DNA from: Octopus vulgaris
Lineage: Eukaryota
NCBI GenBank assembly: GCA_951406725.2
Contig: OX597819.1
Span: 67,456,001-67,520,000, forward strand
Length of the DNA stretch: 64,000 nucleotides
Direction: 5' to 3'
The notes beneath the pieces are model-generated. The model ran no database searches, was not told the origin of the DNA, and was given only the letters and a program-made list of their open reading frames with translations. Position 1 is the first letter of the stretch, and the number at the start of each line of letters is the position of its first letter. The position numbers were made by a program, and so were the translations under genes. Of the stretch, positions 59,030 through 64,000 are shown piece by piece.

Positions 59030-60044
59030 GTAGATATATAGATAAATACATAGATAGACATATATAGATATAGATAGATATATATATATACACAACACGA
59101 TTTATTCGTAATCAGAGGCGTTCGTAGACTGAAGTACTACTGTATTACATGAATATAAGAAAGACAGGAGATATATACAACTTATTTGTGATCAAAGTCG
59201 TTCGAAAACTGAGGTTCTACTGTATATTGTGCCAGATCACGAACATGGTATTTACCGCAAAATAAAACTGAATGTATAAATACAAACTCACAGAGATCGA
59301 GAGAGAGAGAGAGAGAGAGAGTGAAAGAGAGACAAACAGGGAGAGAGAGAAAGAATAACAGACAGAGGGCGGAGGAAACTTTTGTGCAAATATGATGCAT
59401 GTCTACGCATATGTATAACGCACACTCAAATACATGCACGTTTGCGCGTGTGTGTGTATGTATGTGTGAGTGTGTCTGTGTATATGAATAACTGGAAAAA
59501 GACTCTGATGAAAGAGTGTTTCTTAGAGCGAACACGAGTTTCGTTAATTCACGTCGTAATTACAAAACGGTTGGGGAAATATTCTTGTAAAAGAATCGCG
59601 TCAGTTTTCTGCAAGAAATGCATTCGTTGCACAACACTGACGAGGTGATTGACATTATGCAAAGCTTCTACAACTGTTTTATAATTACGAAAGAAATTCT
59701 TCGAGATACCTGTGTTCTACAAAGCATTCATCAAGAGACGTTTTGTTCTGATTGCAATTAATCGCAAAATTTGTTTTGTAGTCTGGACTTAAGAATAGCG
59801 TGAGATTTCTGCTCCGCATCAAAGTACACTGGTTATTTGGTAAGGAACACTCTACAGAACTTGGTTTTTGGGTACGCAATGCTCTTCACACAACCTTCCT
59901 CTTGTATCCTCCCTCTCTCTTTTCTTCTCACTATTAATTGTAGACATTCTCGCTTACTTTCCTTTCTTCCTTTTTCTCTGAATTAGGGTCCGTCTGTGTC
60001 TGTCCTTCATAGTATTTAATGCATTCTTCATTTATATATACATG

Positions 60045-60125
<81 letters not shown>

Positions 60126-60157
60126 TCAAAATAAGCAGCAAGAATGACTCCGGCAAT

Positions 60158-60243
60158 TTGGTACGATCGTTTCGTACTACATCATTTTATTAAATGTTGT
60201 AAGTATTATAACAGTTTTAAAATGCTGAGCACTCATCAGCCAA
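60158..60243 (-). ncRNA. Type I hammerhead ribozyme (left arm, minus strand)
   Basis: UUGG-CUGAUGA-GUGCU...AGUAC-GAAA-CGAUCG-UA-CCAA. Confidence 0.75.
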
Positions 60244-60457
60244 TTATAGAGGTTTTCCATTAATACAAACATTTTCATATCAAGTGGCAACATTATAGAG
60301 AAGGTAGATACATAGACAAATATGTCGATTTAAATTTTAAGAACATTACATCAAATGTTCTTAAAATTTAAATCCACATCTTTGTCTATGTATCTACCTT
60401 CTCTATAATGTTGCCACTTGATATGAAAATGTTTGTATTAATGGAAAACCTCTATAA

Positions 60458-60543
60458 TTGGCTGATGAGTGCTCAGCATTTTAAAACTGTTGTAATACTT
60501 ACAACATTTAATAAATTGATGTAGTACGAAACGATCGTACCAA
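60458..60543 (+). ncRNA. Type I hammerhead ribozyme (right arm, plus strand)
   Basis: Stem I UUGG/CCAA, CUGAUGA 60462-68, stem II GUGCU/AGUAC around a 49-nt insert containing UGUUGUAA/UUACAACA, GAAA 60528-31, palindromic CGAUCG, GUA triplet (predicted cut after 60539). Confidence 0.75.
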
Positions 60544-60698
60544 ATTACCGGAGTCATTCTTGTTGCTTATTTTGATTATAATCACCCCATGGATTTTTAT
60601 GGATAACACCATATAGAATTCTGGTGCATCTAAATTAAGTACCATATTCAGTTGAATCTAAATTTTTGCTGTATATACACACACACACACACACACAC

Positions 60699-60779
<81 letters not shown>

Positions 60780-61305
60780 CAATAAACGGTGGTGTTGTGT
60801 TGACAGCACGTGGAGAAATGATAGGTATATAAAATTATAAGGCAGAATTGAAAGCAAATTTTAGTAAAAATGGGTGTATGGAATTTTTTTTTTAATAATG
60901 AATCAAAACGGTTTTCATCGCAAGGCAAATTTTCAAGATTTGGAAGGAGAAAAGAACTTTTTTTAAAATTGAGGAAGGGGAAAAAAGAAATTTACAATGT
61001 TTTTCTCAAAAAAATAATAATACATATATACAAAAATTAATAAATAATGGAATAAAACGTGCCAAAAGACAAGACAATAATACACTGAAAACCACCCAAC
61101 ATAGTAATACACACAACCCCAAAATACAGAACCGCAAAATACACAACCCCCAAAAATCTTTTCTTTTAATTTTTATAAATTTCATTATTTAATTGTTACA
61201 GTTGAAAAAGTCTCAATGACTGAAACTGGTATTGAAATGTTTTTTATAAAATTATTTTATCACTTTCTATCTTGACTTTTTTTCCTTATATATATATATA
61301 TATAT

Positions 61306-61514
61306 ATAACATAAGGGACTAAAGCCATCTGAATATGGCTAGGGACAGGGCAGGGTGGTGGGGGTGTTACTGTTGCATTTAGCCCCAGGCGAACATCGAC
61401 GTCACCAGAAAGGCTCGACGTCGATGTTCGCCTGGGGCTAAATGCAACAGTAACACCCCCACCACCCTGCCCTGTCCCTAGCCATATTCAGATGGCTTTA
61501 GTCCCTTATGTTAT
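61306..61514. repeat. Perfect inverted repeat (98-bp arms, 13-nt spacer)
   Basis: 61306-61403 is the exact reverse complement of 61417-61514 by eye. Confidence 0.95.
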
Positions 61515-61556
61515 CGAGCAGTTACTGTCTATATCTCTTTTAGAGAATTATTATTG

Positions 61557-61625
<69 letters not shown>

Positions 61626-62781
61626 TTTCTTGTCGTCCAATTATCCAATACCTTCATGTTACTCTCTCCTTATCTTAATACCTGTCAACCTATCTATCAA
61701 TATAATTATCTAGGTGTTTATGTATCTACCTGCCTGAAAATGTATACATCTATCTTTCTCGCGTATACACATGTATTAATGCAACTTTAATATATAGAGC
61801 ACAGGGAGTTAATTACGTAAAAACTCGGTATCACTATAATGTAGGATTACATAGCAATTAGATCTTTTAACAACTCGATCTAGCTACAATGCATACAGCA
61901 CGCCCAACGAAAACAGAAATGGGATTGATTGATTTTCATAATTGCGTATATCACCTTTTAATAACTAATTCATCATTATTTCTCTCTCTGCCATCATCAC
62001 AAATATATATTTTGTCTTTGCAAATGCAGGAGCTACAATGGTACAATTGTCTATATTACATTAACCTCACTGAACTGTTGGTTGATTCTCCTATATAGAC
62101 TTGAATACTTCATGAAGCTAAATGGAATGAACTCTAAACTACGATTCCTAAGAATATCATGTATATTGCATTTACGGAGGGTTTGTTCGCCCCTGGGCAT
62201 TGGCTTTCAGGAGAAAATTGGAATTTTACTCCAGTCATGACAGCAGATTCTTTTTCTATTTATGATTGTTATTGGCAAACTTACAACTACATGGATTTAA
62301 GTGCTTACTATAAATATACATACATACGCACATATATAGACACACACCCTCACACACATATTTCTCTATGCACATAAAAAAAATTATACCTCCAAAAATA
62401 TACCTACATAAACTAAAATACATGCATACACGCACATTCATAGATACACTCGTGCGTACACTCATACACACACGCACCGTGCACACTCACACACACACGC
62501 GTATACTTATGTATATATACACATGCATACCTATGTCTTATACTTATATACATATGTACGGACAACCGAGAATCCAAAAGATTTACCGACGGAAACTAAG
62601 AATTCCAAGCTGACGTACTGATGAGAATGAAATATTTGGGCGTCAACATAAAGTAATTCCTGTTATTATTATTATTATTATTACTATTATTATTATTATT
62701 ATTATTATTAATCTTTACCGTGCATATTTCTTAGATATAATCAATATTGCCTAATTTATTTATATATGTGTAATAAGGGAT

Positions 62782-63681
62782 TTAAATGAAACCACATTTA
62801 ACAACTGTGCCTACGTAATTCTTATTGCACATACTGCTACCATATTTTTGCGGTACGTTTCCGTAATAACTTTTGGAATTATCAGCAATTTTACAACTAT
62901 TGGACTATTTTGCAGGCAGTTCATACATCAATCTAAAATTAATCCGTATCTTCTAAGTCTTCTTATTGTCGATACTTATTTTAATCTTGCTAAGTTGTGC
63001 AAGGTTCATTTGGATATCCTTATATTTGAAATATTCAATCGCAGACATATCAATCTTTGGCGATGATGCATTCAACCGGCTCATTAGTGTATTATTTATG
63101 TATTCCTCCCAGATAACTGTCACTATTTCTATAGACCGTCTTTTGGCAGTCTTTAACCTACCCCCCCCCCCGGCGTTATTCTAAGAAAAACCTTACCACA
63201 TACATTGTATTCGTCATTCTTCTTATAACTGTTGTTGTAGCATACATCGTAACATATTGACTAATACAAAGCTTCAGGTGTTTTCCTGCTCTCAATGATC
63301 ATTTATTCATTTATACCTGCAGTATGTTTAGCTGTACGCTCTGTTACATTGATTTATAAACAACCAAACGTTGGTCAGAATTCGCATCGAAGTTTTGCAA
63401 CTCAAAAACGGAATACAGTTTACATTGTAATTGCTATAAATATTGTATTTTTCTTTACCACATTTCCTCCTTCCATATATATTTTTGTCGTAATATTTTC
63501 TAATTGCTTTCTTGATGGCATTGTATCATTACCGGGTATGCTAGCTATGATGAATAATTGTTTCAAATTTGTAATTTGTTTCATAGCTAGCAAAACATTT
63601 CATGAAATCCTAAAAGCAAAGTGTTTCCAACACAAGAGAAGAAACAGATGCAATATATATTATATTGACATGAAATTATAA
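62782..63681 (+). pseudogene. Frameshifted GPCR paralog (pseudogene or sequencing indels)
   Basis: Segments in different frames: NETTFNNC...FGIISN...INPYLLSLLIVD / MYSSQITVTISIDRLLAVF / IYSFIPAV...QPNVGQ...VYIVIAIN...TTFP...IASKTF; shifts near 62975, at poly-C 63161-63171 and before 63295; TM7 N replaced by K. Confidence 0.8.
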
Positions 63682-64000
63682 CTGAGATATCATTTGAAAT
63701 ACAAATATTAAGAAGTTTTCAATCTTTTTGACGTCCTCAACTTTCTTATAAAGGAATGTACACAATCAATAATTTACGTACACTCGCTTTAAGTAGGCGT
63801 ACTGTTAGATTCGTGAGCACGCCAAGCAAAAGGATTATCAACATTTCGTCTGTCTTTACGATCTGAAATCAAATTTCGCCGTGGTAATCGACCGTAACAG
63901 AACTATTACCCCCGCACACACACACACCCTACTCCCACCCCGAAATTTCTGGTCGTGTGCTAAAATATTCACACTTTCTAATCACCTGAATACTTTCGAA

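Larger units (their letters stand above)
60126..60575. repeat. Long imperfect palindrome (222-bp arms, 6-nt loop)
   Basis: 60126-60347 is the reverse complement of 60354-60575, with about 6 mismatches by eye. Confidence 0.95.

Overview
AT-rich, microsatellite-dense eukaryotic (animal) DNA. The SINE families and repeat landscape suggest an octopod cephalopod; this is an inference. Host content is a same-strand cluster of five related rhodopsin-class GPCR loci with uninterrupted or single-block coding regions: one cut by the window edge, two intact, one TM7-only relic and one frameshifted. Their motifs are non-canonical, FMRFamide-receptor/Srw-like. Everything else recognisable is mobile DNA: CR1-group LINEs (one with an uninterrupted 1035-aa ORF2 and a CCCH-finger ORF1) nested in (TA)n tracts; a 5'-inverted RTE with a 12-bp TSD; R4/Dong-like relics in (TAA)n tracts; Penelope-like RT and GIY-YIG relics; Tc1/mariner relics and a MITE; and many tRNA-derived SINEs. 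Two signals are not in the ORF track. First, several type-I hammerhead-ribozyme motifs with palindromic stem III and unusually long stem II sit in non-coding repeats, including a 450-bp palindrome with one ribozyme per strand and a 468-bp partial-tandem, retrozyme-like unit. Second, a co-varying 3' hairpin is shared by three LINE families and a SINE family. Most short YIYI/CVCV ORFs are microsatellite translations. All calls are by eye and boundaries are approximate.
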